Position numbers and translations under genes: made by a program | Source of the DNA: a virus | Taxonomy: Duplodnaviria; Caudoviricetes | DNA length: 56,520 nt | Reading direction: 5' to 3' (one strand) | Virus record (IMG/VR): IMGVR_UViG_3300034072_001152 | Span: 1 to 56,520 of that record | The notes under the pieces: model-generated | Database searches by the model: none | The model's input: the letters and a program-made list of their open reading frames with translations, nothing else | What the model was told of the DNA's origin: nothing | Part shown: positions 28,068 to 37,044 of the stretch, in pieces | How the letters are laid out: each line of letters begins with the position of its first letter | Numbering within the stretch: position 1 is the first letter of the stretch

Positions 28068-28217
28068 TCACGAAGCACCGCCCTTCACGGCTTCGACGAT
28101 CGACAGTATCGCGAACAGCACCGCGCTGATGATGGCAAAGACCCGCCAGAACAGGCGATCATTGCGCAGCGCGTAGTCAGCCGTCAGCACGGCCAGCCAG
28201 AAATAGACGAAGTTCAT
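28068..28217 (-). CDS. Small membrane protein (49 aa)
   Basis: MNFVYFWLAVLTADYALRNDRLFWRVFAIISAVLFAILSIVEAVKGGAS; ATGA overlap. Confidence 0.5.
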   Translation of the reverse strand: MNFVYFWLAVLTADYALRNDRLFWRVFAIISAVLFAILSIVEAVKGGAS

Positions 28218-28507
28218 GACGCACCGCCTTGCGCAGCGGCCAGAAGCCGCTTGCAGTAAACGCCCATGAAATTATCGAACGTGGGGAGCGGGCCGATCTC
28301 GGCATACATCCGCTTCACCGCCCAATACGGCCATGCCGCGTTGACAGCGATCTCAGCCGCCCGAGCCATGCACGCATCGGCCTGGCCCCACTCCTTGCCG
28401 CTATCGTCAGCGAAGTGGTGGCTCGCTTGGTTGAGCGCCTTGGAGAATTCGGGGTAATCCTTTTCCGGGCAGATGGTGCCGGAAGGCCACGGCTGCACCG
28501 CGCTCAC
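28214..28507 (-). CDS. Hypothetical protein
   Basis: 97 aa, overlap-coupled. Confidence 0.6.
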   Translation of the reverse strand: MSAVQPWPSGTICPEKDYPEFSKALNQASHHFADDSGKEWGQADACMARAAEIAVNAAWPYWAVKRMYAEIGPLPTFDNFMGVYCKRLLAAAQGGAS

Positions 28508-28890
28508 AACACCACCTCAGCGCTCAGCTTGCCCTGTCGCGCCAAGCGCCGCGCGATACGCCGCTCGAACCGCCCATTCTTCAGCAGCATCACGACGAAT
28601 TCGAAGCGGCGCTGGCGCGTCGACGAAAAGCCAACCGCATCCGCATCAGCGAACAGCGCGACCACATTGCTGAAGGATTCCGGCATCTCGACCGGACGGA
28701 TCAGGGCATTGGCAAGCCGCGATGCCTCGGAGCGCACGAACGCCCGCAGCGCCGTCGCCTCGCAATTGGGGAACATCGCGCGCGCCGACTCAAAGGTCGG
28801 ATGCGGGACATTGAGTTCGGCCGTCAGGCGCGGGCGGAAGCGATTGGCGTGGTGATACAAGGCTGCTCTCCGACTGGGTGTCGGGAACAT
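28504..28890 (-). CDS. Hypothetical protein, first gene of the PL operon
   Basis: 128 aa; the start lies just downstream of the leftward promoter. Confidence 0.5.
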   Translation of the reverse strand: MFPTPSRRAALYHHANRFRPRLTAELNVPHPTFESARAMFPNCEATALRAFVRSEASRLANALIRPVEMPESFSNVVALFADADAVGFSSTRQRRFEFVVMLLKNGRFERRIARRLARQGKLSAEVVL

Positions 28891-28899
28891 AGGTGACGT

Positions 28900-28930
28900 G
28901 TAGAATGCTACTCGTCAAGTAGAATATTAC
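28900..28930 (-). promoter_or_regulatory. PL with two operators
   Basis: Imperfect palindromes GTAGAATGCTAC (28900) and GTAGAATATTAC (28919) flank a minus-strand TTGACG. Confidence 0.75.
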
Positions 28931-28938
28931 ATTGCGAT

Positions 28939-29256
28939 CTAGCCGTCTGTTCCGGTGCGGGCAAAGACCTGAAGAAACTCCATTGCCTGCTTGCGCCGTT
29001 CCTCGCTCATGGTTTCGAGCAGCTTCCCTACGTCAGCATATCGGTCTGGATCGCCTTCACCAAAGGCCAGCCAGCGGGCATCGACATCGAGCGCTTCGGC
29101 CAGCTTCTCAATGGTTTCCAGAGTGGGGGAGCGGACATCCCCCTTGAGCAGTTTGTTCAAGGCGCTGTCCGACAGGCCCGCCTTGAGGGAGACGTTGCGA
29201 ACACTGAGCTCGTCGTCTGCGTCGATGATGGCGTTGATGCGGTCACGGAAGTCCAT
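28939..29256 (-). CDS. CI-like repressor (XRE HTH, no peptidase domain)
   Basis: LSVRNVSLKAGLSDSALNKLLKG..SPTLETIEKLAEALDVDARWLAFGEG; divergent from cro. Confidence 0.85.
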   Translation of the reverse strand: MDFRDRINAIIDADDELSVRNVSLKAGLSDSALNKLLKGDVRSPTLETIEKLAEALDVDARWLAFGEGDPDRYADVGKLLETMSEERRKQAMEFLQVFARTGTDG

Positions 29257-29294
29257 GAACGCATTATGCGGCCAGATTGCCACCGATGGCGCGT

Positions 29295-29335
29295 GTAACA
29301 TCCTACTTGACCCGGCGTGTAGCATACTACATACC
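29295..29335 (+). promoter_or_regulatory. PR with two operators
   Basis: GTAACATCCTAC (29295), TTGACC (29307), GTAGCATACTAC (29319). Confidence 0.75.
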
Positions 29336-29342
29336 TCGCGCC

Positions 29343-29546
29343 ATGACCCACACTGAAACGCTCATTTCACGCATCAAGGCCGCCGCTGAAAAGCAGGGGG
29401 TCGCGCCAGCTACGGTCGCCGCGAGGCTGCTTGGAAGCGGTTCGTCTTTCGCCAACCTTGAGGCTGGCAAGACGATCACGCTCGCCAAGTATGAGCGCGC
29501 CTGCGCCATGCTGGACAAGATGGAAGCCGAGGCTGCTTCCGCATGA
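29343..29546 (+). CDS. Cro-like regulator
   Basis: 67 aa HTH-like protein divergent from the repressor. Confidence 0.7.
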   Translation: MTHTETLISRIKAAAEKQGVAPATVAARLLGSGSSFANLEAGKTITLAKYERACAMLDKMEAEAASA

Positions 29547-29939
29547 ACACCAATTCCCATGGCGTGAGGCACAGCCCCCCCGCTGCCGTCATGGGCGGGG
29601 CGCGCATTTCCCTGCGACCCGAAAGCGCGCCCCAATCCTGTTGCCGTGCGATCCTCTCTCTCGATCCCAGCACGGCAGAGCGGCGCGTGATGTCCAACCC
29701 ATCGCGCGCCGCTCACTTCTTTCAGATCGTCGCTGCTCTGACTCACCATCCGGCAGTGGCGCGGGGCACGGGCGAAGTAGTGCGCGTCCGTGCCTCGACC
29801 ATTTCTGATGACCTGCGGTTTCATGCTGCTGACGTAGCGGAAATCACAGGTTTTCCCACAGGTCCGAATGCTGCTGTTCCGCATCGGGGCAAGACAGCGG
29901 CAATTCTTAACGTCCCCTGCCCCGGCGAGGACCATCCCC

Positions 29940-30314
29940 ATGATTGAACTGCTGATCTTTGCAGCCGGAGCGGCCACCGGCGCCGTTGCGATGATGCTGC
30001 CCTATAATCGCGCCGTGACTGAGCGCGATATGCTGCAAGTCACGAAGGACACGCTGGCGTTCGATGTCGAAAAATTGACCGGCCGAGTGACGACCCTGCG
30101 CGGCGACAATCTGGCGCTGGAAAAGAGCGTCGACAACCTGCGCATCGGCCATGACCGGCTTGTCGACGAGCGCGATCAGGCTGTCCGCGAGCTGGGCCGC
30201 CTGAAGGCTGAGGCCGTTGCCGCCAAGCCGAAGCGCGGTGCGAACGGCAAGTTCGTCTCGAAGAACGCCGGTGCCGTGCCGAAGTCCATGCCCAAGCCCG
30301 TCGCTTGCGGCTGA
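29940..30314 (+). CDS. Membrane-anchored coiled-coil protein
   Basis: N-terminal hydrophobic segment, coiled coil, PKRGANGKF motif. Confidence 0.6.
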   Translation: MIELLIFAAGAATGAVAMMLPYNRAVTERDMLQVTKDTLAFDVEKLTGRVTTLRGDNLALEKSVDNLRIGHDRLVDERDQAVRELGRLKAEAVAAKPKRGANGKFVSKNAGAVPKSMPKPVACG

Positions 30315-30352
30315 CCATCCCCACCATCCCCGAAGCCTGAAAGGAAACCGAA

Positions 30353-30787
30353 ATGGGCCGACCCAAGAAGACTGCCGAACCTGATACCGAGCATGGCGCC
30401 GGTGACATCGAGGGCGAATACAAGCGCCCGAATGCAGCGCGCGCCGTGGAAATCTTCGACGATCATATCTCGCCGAAGCTAACCCACATCAACACGATCA
30501 AGGGCGACCTGAAAGAGCCTTGGCAGATGCTCAAGGACGAGGCGAACATGCCTCGGAAGGAGTTCAACTACGTCCAGTCGCTCGTCGACGAGGATGATGA
30601 AAGTAAGCTGGAACACAGACTCCGCGCCTTGCGTGAATTGCTCGTCCACTACGGTCTCACGATTCAGCCCGATCTGGTCGATGCGGCGCAGGGCCACAAC
30701 AGCGCAAACGTGGTGCAGTTTGGCGCGGCCAGCGCTCCTTTCGTGCCCGGCGTCACCGATGATGACGATGACTTCGGCGAGGACTGA
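30353..30787 (+). CDS. Hypothetical protein, possibly distantly GapR/DUF2312-like
   Basis: GAAAGGA RBS; INTIKGDLKEPWQMLK..MPRKEF helical pattern, acidic tail; family assignment weak. Confidence 0.5.
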   Translation: MGRPKKTAEPDTEHGAGDIEGEYKRPNAARAVEIFDDHISPKLTHINTIKGDLKEPWQMLKDEANMPRKEFNYVQSLVDEDDESKLEHRLRALRELLVHYGLTIQPDLVDAAQGHNSANVVQFGAASAPFVPGVTDDDDDFGED

Positions 30788-30850
30788 GTTCCCCGAGGGT
30801 CGCGCTTTGCGGCGCGGCCCGACGATGAATTCAGACCTTCCGAGGGCCGC

Positions 30851-31417
30851 ATGACACCGAGAAACACACTTCCAATCGACGTTCTGCGTGAGCTAATCTC
30901 CTATGATCCCGAGACTGGCGCACTGACTTGGCTGCCGCGCAAGCCCAAGCACTTCACCGGCGAACACCGGATGTCTCCGCAGGGCCGCGCTGCCCAGTGG
31001 AACGGTCAGTTCGCAGGCAAGCTGGCGATTACCACGAAGTCAGCGACCGGCTATCTGAAGGGCACCATCTTCTGCCAACACTTCCTTGCGCATCGCATAG
31101 CCTTTGCCCTTCATCACGGTTTTTGGCCTCAAGAAATCGACCACATCAACGGCGACAAGGCTGACAATCGCGCTTGCAATCTTCGCCAAGCGACTCCGTC
31201 GCAGAACAACCGGAACCGCGCGCTGCCTTCCACGAACAAAAGCGGGCGCATCGGGGTTCACTATTATCACCTCGGAAATTGCTGGCGAGCACATGCTAAG
31301 GTCGGTGGTCGCCAGATACACCTCGGCAGTTTCCGAACGCGCCAAGCAGCAGTCGCAGCCCGAGAAAAATTTGAGCGAGAAAACGGCTTTCACCCAAACC
31401 ACGGGAGGGCCGCATGA
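30851..31417 (+). CDS. HNH homing endonuclease with AP2-like domain (copy 4)
   Basis: ISYDPETG; AHRIAF..IDHINGDKADNRACNLR; WRAH..HLGSF. Confidence 0.9.
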   Translation: MTPRNTLPIDVLRELISYDPETGALTWLPRKPKHFTGEHRMSPQGRAAQWNGQFAGKLAITTKSATGYLKGTIFCQHFLAHRIAFALHHGFWPQEIDHINGDKADNRACNLRQATPSQNNRNRALPSTNKSGRIGVHYYHLGNCWRAHAKVGGRQIHLGSFRTRQAAVAAREKFERENGFHPNHGRAA

Positions 31418-32025
31418 GAATCTGCACCCTCGACCTTTCCAAATCCTGCACTGGCTGGTGCGTCTGGCATGATGACTGGGCCAAGCCTCGCATCGGCAGC
31501 AAGAAGCTCGGCGGCGAATACTCGACCAATGGGGACGTGTTCATCGCGCTCCACAAGCTGTTGCACGAACTGCGCATGACGTTTGGCTTCGACATGCTGT
31601 TTTGGGAACAGAAGCTGGCCGTCCAGAAGATCATGACCGGCACCACATCGCAGGCCACGCTCGACATTCAGGGCGGGCTTGACGCCTACGCTGAGGGGTA
31701 TCGGGCTGCGTATCGCCTTCGCGGCGGCCCGGTAAAGGTCGACCTATGGCGCGGCGAGTTTATCGGAAAAGACGTTGACGGCACCATCAAGGCCGCAACC
31801 CGCCGCCACAACAAGATCGCCAAGGAAACGGGCGGCCGGAAGATCACCAGCACCGACCGGCTGAAGGCAGCGACAATGGAGCGCGCGCGCCAGCTCGGCT
31901 TCGATCCAGCTAACTTCGACGAGTCCGACGCTATCGGCATCATGGATCACAAGATCGCCAGTTACGGCATCACCCCGCCGTGGCGTGCCAACGAGGTGCT
32001 TCGCGCGCCGCTGGGGGTGCGATGA
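31414..32025 (+). CDS. RuvC-like Holliday junction resolvase
   Basis: ICTLDLSKSCTGW, LFWEQ, NFDESDAIGI acidic RNase H-fold motifs. Confidence 0.7.
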   Translation: MRICTLDLSKSCTGWCVWHDDWAKPRIGSKKLGGEYSTNGDVFIALHKLLHELRMTFGFDMLFWEQKLAVQKIMTGTTSQATLDIQGGLDAYAEGYRAAYRLRGGPVKVDLWRGEFIGKDVDGTIKAATRRHNKIAKETGGRKITSTDRLKAATMERARQLGFDPANFDESDAIGIMDHKIASYGITPPWRANEVLRAPLGVR

Positions 32026-32789
32026 GCAGCCCCGTCATCATCGGCAATGCGGAGCTATGGCTAGGTGACTGCCTTGAGGTTCTGCCCACCCTTGGCAATG
32101 TCGATCATATCATCATGGACCCGCCCTACGAGGCGATCATGCACGCGAGTAAGGCGGGCATCAAAGGCTTGGTGCGGCCTGATGGCACTCATCACTGGAA
32201 GCCTCTCGACTTTGAGCCGATTGACAACATCCGCTCCCAGATTGTCGATATGTCATCAGCCGCTTGCGAGGGCTGGTTCATAGCCTTTTGCACCAGTGAG
32301 GGCGTTGGCCGCTGGGCGGATGAAATCAACGCGAGCCCGATGAAATACAAGCGGGCCTGCGTCTGGATAAAGCCTGACTCGACGCCTCAGATGAATGGGC
32401 AGGGCCCGGCTCAGGGTGCTGAGCACTTTGTCTGCGCATGGGCCGGTCAGGGCTATGCAAAATGGAACGCTGGCGGCAAGCGCGGTGTTTACACTCACTG
32501 CGTCAATGGACCTTCCCGAGAAGGGACCCACCCTACCGAGAAGCCTCGCTCTCTAATGGCCGAGATTGTTGGTGATTTCACCAGCATTGGTCAGGTCATC
32601 CTCGACCCCTTCATGGGCAGCGGCACGACCGGCGTGGCGGCGGTCCAGATGGGCCGCAAGTTCATCGGCATTGAGCGTGAACCAAAGTATTTTGAGGTCG
32701 CCTGCCGCCGCATTGAGGAAGCGCAGAAGCAAACAGACCTGTTCATCGCACCCCCTGCCGCTCGCGCAGTCCAAGAGCCTCTGCTGTGA
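32022..32789 (+). CDS. DNA N6-adenine/N4-cytosine methyltransferase (beta class)
   Basis: GDCLEVL, DPPY, HPTEKP, ILDPFMGSGTTG. Confidence 0.92.
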   Translation: MSSPVIIGNAELWLGDCLEVLPTLGNVDHIIMDPPYEAIMHASKAGIKGLVRPDGTHHWKPLDFEPIDNIRSQIVDMSSAACEGWFIAFCTSEGVGRWADEINASPMKYKRACVWIKPDSTPQMNGQGPAQGAEHFVCAWAGQGYAKWNAGGKRGVYTHCVNGPSREGTHPTEKPRSLMAEIVGDFTSIGQVILDPFMGSGTTGVAAVQMGRKFIGIEREPKYFEVACRRIEEAQKQTDLFIAPPAARAVQEPLL

Positions 32790-33076
32790 GCCGCCGCGCG
32801 CCCTCAGCCGCCACCGCCGATGATGTCCTGCGCTACGTCGCCGGATACCTTGAGGCGCATGACGGCATCAGCCCGTCCTACCAGAACATCTGCGATGCGC
32901 TCGGCATCCACAGCAAGAGCAACATCGACCGCAAGATGGATGAGCTTGGTGCTCGCGGCCTGATCGCGCGTCGATGGCACCGCGCCCGTTGCCTTGAATT
33001 GCTGGCCCCTGTCGACATCCCGCGCGGGCCAGCGGGCGAACCGCTCTACTTCGTGAGGTCGGCGTCATGGGCATGA
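32786..33076 (+). CDS. LexA N-terminal-like winged-helix DNA-binding protein
   Basis: GISPSYQNICDALGIHSKSNI..L..RGLI..AR pattern. Confidence 0.75.
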   Translation: MSRRAPSAATADDVLRYVAGYLEAHDGISPSYQNICDALGIHSKSNIDRKMDELGARGLIARRWHRARCLELLAPVDIPRGPAGEPLYFVRSASWA

Positions 33077-33405
33077 AACCACCTGCACGCCGGCCTTGGG
33101 CCGACTGGGAGCGCGCCGAGCTTCGAAGGCTTGCCGCTCGCCCGAATGCCAGCTTCGAATCCATCGCCAAGCGCCTCGGTCGCACACAGGCTGCGATTGA
33201 GAACCAGATGACCAACATGGGCATCCGGCTTTCCAGCAGCAGCCGCCCCAAGATGGATCCGGTCGAGAACTTTTTCCTCAACGGCGAGCCTCTGGTGTTC
33301 GCGCAGACCGGGACACCCTGCGCCCGGTGTGGTGTCCGCGAGGATGTCCACCGCATCCACGGGTGCGGCCAGTTCGCAGGCGAGATCAGGGTGAGGCTGA
33401 AATGA
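33067..33405 (+). CDS. HTH protein (GcrA/Myb-like N-terminus) with Cys motif
   Basis: WADWERAELRRL..SFESIAKRLGRTQAAI; CARCGVR..HGC. Confidence 0.55.
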   Translation: MGMKPPARRPWADWERAELRRLAARPNASFESIAKRLGRTQAAIENQMTNMGIRLSSSSRPKMDPVENFFLNGEPLVFAQTGTPCARCGVREDVHRIHGCGQFAGEIRVRLK

Positions 33406-33578
33406 ACGCTCAGATCGACCTCGCCCGCCAGGTGATTCAGGCATGGGAAGCCTACCAGGCTCTCTGCCTCCAAGCCGCAGCCGATGCGAAGCTGATGCTC
33501 AATCCCTTCCACGAGGCGCTGCGCGACATCGCCTACCAGCGCTTCCTGCGCATCTTTGAGCAGTGGGTGCGCCAGTGA
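33402..33578 (+). CDS. Small hypothetical protein
   Basis: 58 aa, overlap-coupled to the helicase gene. Confidence 0.5.
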   Translation: MNAQIDLARQVIQAWEAYQALCLQAAADAKLMLNPFHEALRDIAYQRFLRIFEQWVRQ

Positions 33579-34930
33579 ACGATCTTCCGAAGAACCTCGA
33601 ACTCGAAGCTCAGGTGCTCGGCATGATGCTGGCGCACAATGAGACGATCGACACGGTTGCCGACATCCTGAAGGCCGAGGATTTTGCCGAACCGCTGCAT
33701 CAGCGAATTTACGCCTCGGCCCTCTCGCAGCACTCCACAGCAGGCGTAACTAATCCAGCAACCTTGCACTCGCTGTTCAGGGATGATCCGGCGATCAAGG
33801 AACTTGGCGGGCCAGCCTACCTGATGCAGCTTACCGCTACGCCGGTCGGTATGCTTGATCCGCGCGGCTTTGCGACACAGCTCGCCGACACCGGCCGCCG
33901 TCGCCGGATCGTGGAAGGTCTGAGGGGAGCTATCGCTGCCGCGTCCGACGCGCACTCCCCGATCAGCGATGCGATCGGCCTTGCGGACGACGCCATCGGC
34001 GAGCGCGTCGTCCAAGCGGTCAAGGATCACAGCGCCGAGGATTGCTTCGACCAGATGCTCGCCGGCTACGGGCGTGAAACCCGCGGCGTCACCTGTGGGC
34101 GCATCAAGTGCTTGGACGAAGCCATGGGGGCCCTCGCGCCAGGCAGCATGAACGTCATCGCGGCGCGCCCCGGTATGGGCAAGACAGCCGTGGCGCTGTC
34201 CTACGCTATCGGAGCCGCTGAGCAGGGCTACGGCGTCCTGCTGGTGAGCCTTGAGATGCCCGGCGAGCAGTTGGCGCAGCGCATGGCCGCTGACATGCTC
34301 TATGACACGCTCAGGGTTCCCTACGAGCGCATCCGCGATGGCAAGCTCGACGATCACGAATTCAAGGCCATCCAGCGAGCCAAGCACAGGGTCGGCGAGC
34401 TTCCCCTGCGCATCGCCACGGGCAGCTCACTGGCAGTCGGTCGGCTCGCCTCTCTGATCCGTCGCACCAAGCGCCGCTTCAAAGCGCACGGCGGCTCGCT
34501 CGACCTTGTGATGATCGACTACCTTCAACTCCTGAAAACCGATGTCAGGCTGAAGTCGGAATACGAGTCGATCAGCGAAATCTCGACCGCGCTCAAATCA
34601 ATGGCGATGGACAACGAGGTCGCCTTGATCGCGCTGGCCCAGCTCAGCCGCGAAGTTGAAAAGCGCGACAACAAGCGGCCAGTGCTCAGCGATCTCAGGT
34701 CCAGCGGCCAGATCGAGCAGGACGCCGATGTGGTGCTCTTTCTGCTCCGCGAGGAATACTATCTGCTCAAGGATGAACCCCCGCGCGGTCAGGACAAGTG
34801 GGCCGAATGGCAGATGGCCTTGGCCGAGGTCCGCGACAAGATCCGCTTCATCTGCGCCAAGCGCCGCAACGGTGTCGAGGGCACCCAGACCGGGCAGTTC
34901 TACGGCGAGTTTCAGGCGGTGCGCGGATGA
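33575..34930 (+). CDS. dnaB: Replicative DNA helicase
   Basis: AARPGMGKT, SLEM, IDYLQL, LAQLSREVEKR, DLRSSGQIEQDAD. Confidence 0.95.
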   Translation: MNDLPKNLELEAQVLGMMLAHNETIDTVADILKAEDFAEPLHQRIYASALSQHSTAGVTNPATLHSLFRDDPAIKELGGPAYLMQLTATPVGMLDPRGFATQLADTGRRRRIVEGLRGAIAAASDAHSPISDAIGLADDAIGERVVQAVKDHSAEDCFDQMLAGYGRETRGVTCGRIKCLDEAMGALAPGSMNVIAARPGMGKTAVALSYAIGAAEQGYGVLLVSLEMPGEQLAQRMAADMLYDTLRVPYERIRDGKLDDHEFKAIQRAKHRVGELPLRIATGSSLAVGRLASLIRRTKRRFKAHGGSLDLVMIDYLQLLKTDVRLKSEYESISEISTALKSMAMDNEVALIALAQLSREVEKRDNKRPVLSDLRSSGQIEQDADVVLFLLREEYYLLKDEPPRGQDKWAEWQMALAEVRDKIRFICAKRRNGVEGTQTGQFYGEFQAVRG

Positions 34931-35682
34931 GCCAGAAACCCGCCGCCATACCCCTGTTCGCCGACGCATATCTCGCGGACACGACGCACCTCACCACAGA
35001 GGAACATGGGGCTTACCTTTTGCTGCTGATGGCGGCGTGGAGGCAGGACGATTGTGGGCTGCCGGATGATGACCGCAAGCTGGCCCGCATCACTGGCCTG
35101 ACCCCTCGAAAGTGGGCGTCGATGAAGCCCACCATTATGGAGTTCTGGCAGGTCGAAGGCGGGCGAATTTACCAGTCGCGCCTTCGCAAAGAACACGACT
35201 TCGTGTGCAAAAAAAGTGAGGCAAATCGAAAGGCGGCCGCTTCTCGTTGGGAAAAGCAAAATACTGAAAAGGTTGAAGATGGGGGTATGCGTTTGCATAG
35301 CGACCGCAATGCCCCTCCACCTCCACCTATAGAAGATACTAACGTATCTTCTCCCCCTAAGCCCCCTAGGGGGCAGGGGAAGACTGGCCTACCGGCAGAC
35401 TGGACCGCACCTGCCGTCGCCGACCTGCCCCCGCAAGCCAAGCAATGCGCCGGGCAATGGCCTGAAGGTGCCTATGCTCGCCATGCCGAAGCGTTTCACA
35501 GTTACTGGCGCTCGAACGGCAAGAAGATGACCGACTGGCGCCTGACATGGGCGAACCGGGTCATCGCGATCCACGATGATGTGATGCGCCGTCATCAAAT
35601 GGCGACCCGCTTCGGTTCGCCCGAGATCACCTCATCAAGCCCTATGGTCGAACGAATTCTCAGAGAAAGGCAGCACCAATGA
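34927..35682 (+). CDS. Replication initiation protein (DUF1376/YdaU-like)
   Basis: PLFADAYLADTTHLTTEEHGAYLLLL; C-terminal F..YW..DW..TW.N. Confidence 0.85.
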   Translation: MSQKPAAIPLFADAYLADTTHLTTEEHGAYLLLLMAAWRQDDCGLPDDDRKLARITGLTPRKWASMKPTIMEFWQVEGGRIYQSRLRKEHDFVCKKSEANRKAAASRWEKQNTEKVEDGGMRLHSDRNAPPPPPIEDTNVSSPPKPPRGQGKTGLPADWTAPAVADLPPQAKQCAGQWPEGAYARHAEAFHSYWRSNGKKMTDWRLTWANRVIAIHDDVMRRHQMATRFGSPEITSSSPMVERILRERQHQ

Positions 35683-35885
35683 ACTTCATCGCACGAATGC
35701 TCGCCAGCCGCGAAATTGCCGAAGCTGAGCGCCGGGCGGCCGAGGCCCGCGCCCGCCTTGCTGCCACGCTGAAGCCCTGCCCCGAGATCCGCGAGCGCCG
35801 TCTGCGCCAGATGGGGCCGGAACGCCGCGCCCGAGCCGAGCGCAATGCCCGCGAGATCGCTGACCTGATCGGGGGTGCGCTGTGA
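35679..35885 (+). CDS. Hypothetical protein
   Basis: 68 aa, ATGA overlap. Confidence 0.55.
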   Translation: MNFIARMLASREIAEAERRAAEARARLAATLKPCPEIRERRLRQMGPERRARAERNAREIADLIGGAL

Positions 35886-36057
35886 GCGATAAGACCTGCA
35901 TCTACTGCGGCGGCAAGGGTTGGCGCTGGGGCCGTGCGGCCTCTTCGGTTGGCGAGAAGGGTTACGCAGTGAAGCGGGCCTGCGGATACTGCCCGGCTGG
36001 AAAAGTGATGAAGGCTAAGTCGGCAGGGGCGAAAATGCGCACTGGGAGCGGCAAAGC

Positions 36058-36273
36058 ATGAGCCGCAGCAGCCTCACCCGCTACGCGCCCCTGATGCGCG
36101 ACCCCGACCCGAACGGCGCGCATCGCTTGGCGAAGCGGCAGTTCCACGAAACCGGCGCGATCACCTTCCTGCCCGACCAGCTGGCGCGGATGCCGTGGCA
36201 GGACCGAGAGATCGTCAACCGCCTCGCCAGCAAAGAATACGGCCCCCGACAGGAGACGAAGCGCAATGGCTGA
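36058..36273 (+). CDS. Hypothetical protein
   Basis: 71 aa. Confidence 0.55.
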   Translation: MSRSSLTRYAPLMRDPDPNGAHRLAKRQFHETGAITFLPDQLARMPWQDREIVNRLASKEYGPRQETKRNG

Positions 36274-36937
36274 CACCCCCACGATCCGCCCCTACGTCAG
36301 CAGCGCCGAGGCCAAGCGCCGCGAACAAGCCCGGGTGAAGGCCATGATCGAGCGCGACCGTGCCGACCAAATGCGCGAGATCGAGCGCGCCGCGGCTGAG
36401 ATTGAACTGGCATCGGGCAAGACAGCCTTTGTCAAGGAAACGGTGGTCGAGCCGACGCCGGAATGGTTTCAGCACGGCGATGCGCAGGAAATCTCGGTCG
36501 ACACGCCGGACAGAACCGCGATCGCCATGAAGACCGTGCGGCGGGTGCAGACACCGATCGTCAAGCGAATGTGGGCGGCCGGCAAGCTGGACATCGACCA
36601 GTATCGCGCCTGCACTTGGTATGCGGAATGCTACGAGGCATCCGGGCTGCACGGCAACATCCCCAGCGTCCAGATGGGCAAGGAAGTGTTCGGCGGCGGG
36701 CCTGACAGGGTTCTGTTCACCGAGGCCCAGCAAGAGGCGCAGCGCACCCTTCGGATGCTCAAGGCCGTGCTGACACCCCACCGGGTCCGGTTTTTCGAAG
36801 CTGTGGTTATCGACAATGTGCCGGTTGCGCGCGCTTCACGATTTATCCGAACTACGCGCAGCAACCAACTGAAATTGTTTAAGATTGAAGCGCAGAAAGT
36901 GACCGCTGAAGCTATCCGCTTGGGAATTCTTGCATGA
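36266..36937 (+). CDS. Putative late transcription regulator
   Basis: Last early gene before the terminase; G.LDIDQYRA.. motif and C-terminal HTH-like region. Confidence 0.5.
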   Translation: MADTPTIRPYVSSAEAKRREQARVKAMIERDRADQMREIERAAAEIELASGKTAFVKETVVEPTPEWFQHGDAQEISVDTPDRTAIAMKTVRRVQTPIVKRMWAAGKLDIDQYRACTWYAECYEASGLHGNIPSVQMGKEVFGGGPDRVLFTEAQQEAQRTLRMLKAVLTPHRVRFFEAVVIDNVPVARASRFIRTTRSNQLKLFKIEAQKVTAEAIRLGILA

Positions 36938-37044
36938 AACGGGAAATTTTCGTAAAGGAACGTGCATCTGGATTTCTGCGCCTACCGGATTTTTCCGGCA
37001 TCGACCGCAGATTTTCGCCCCCTCACATCACGGAAACCTGACGC

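Noticed and set aside
29543-29947. 134-aa ORF as a cII-like gene
   Set aside because: No recognisable motif and atypical composition, although its position and overlaps leave it possible.
30790-30853. Sixth copy of the two-hairpin leader before HNH copy 4
   Set aside because: A hairpin is present, but without the adjacent TGACC, the RBS stem or ATGGCT.
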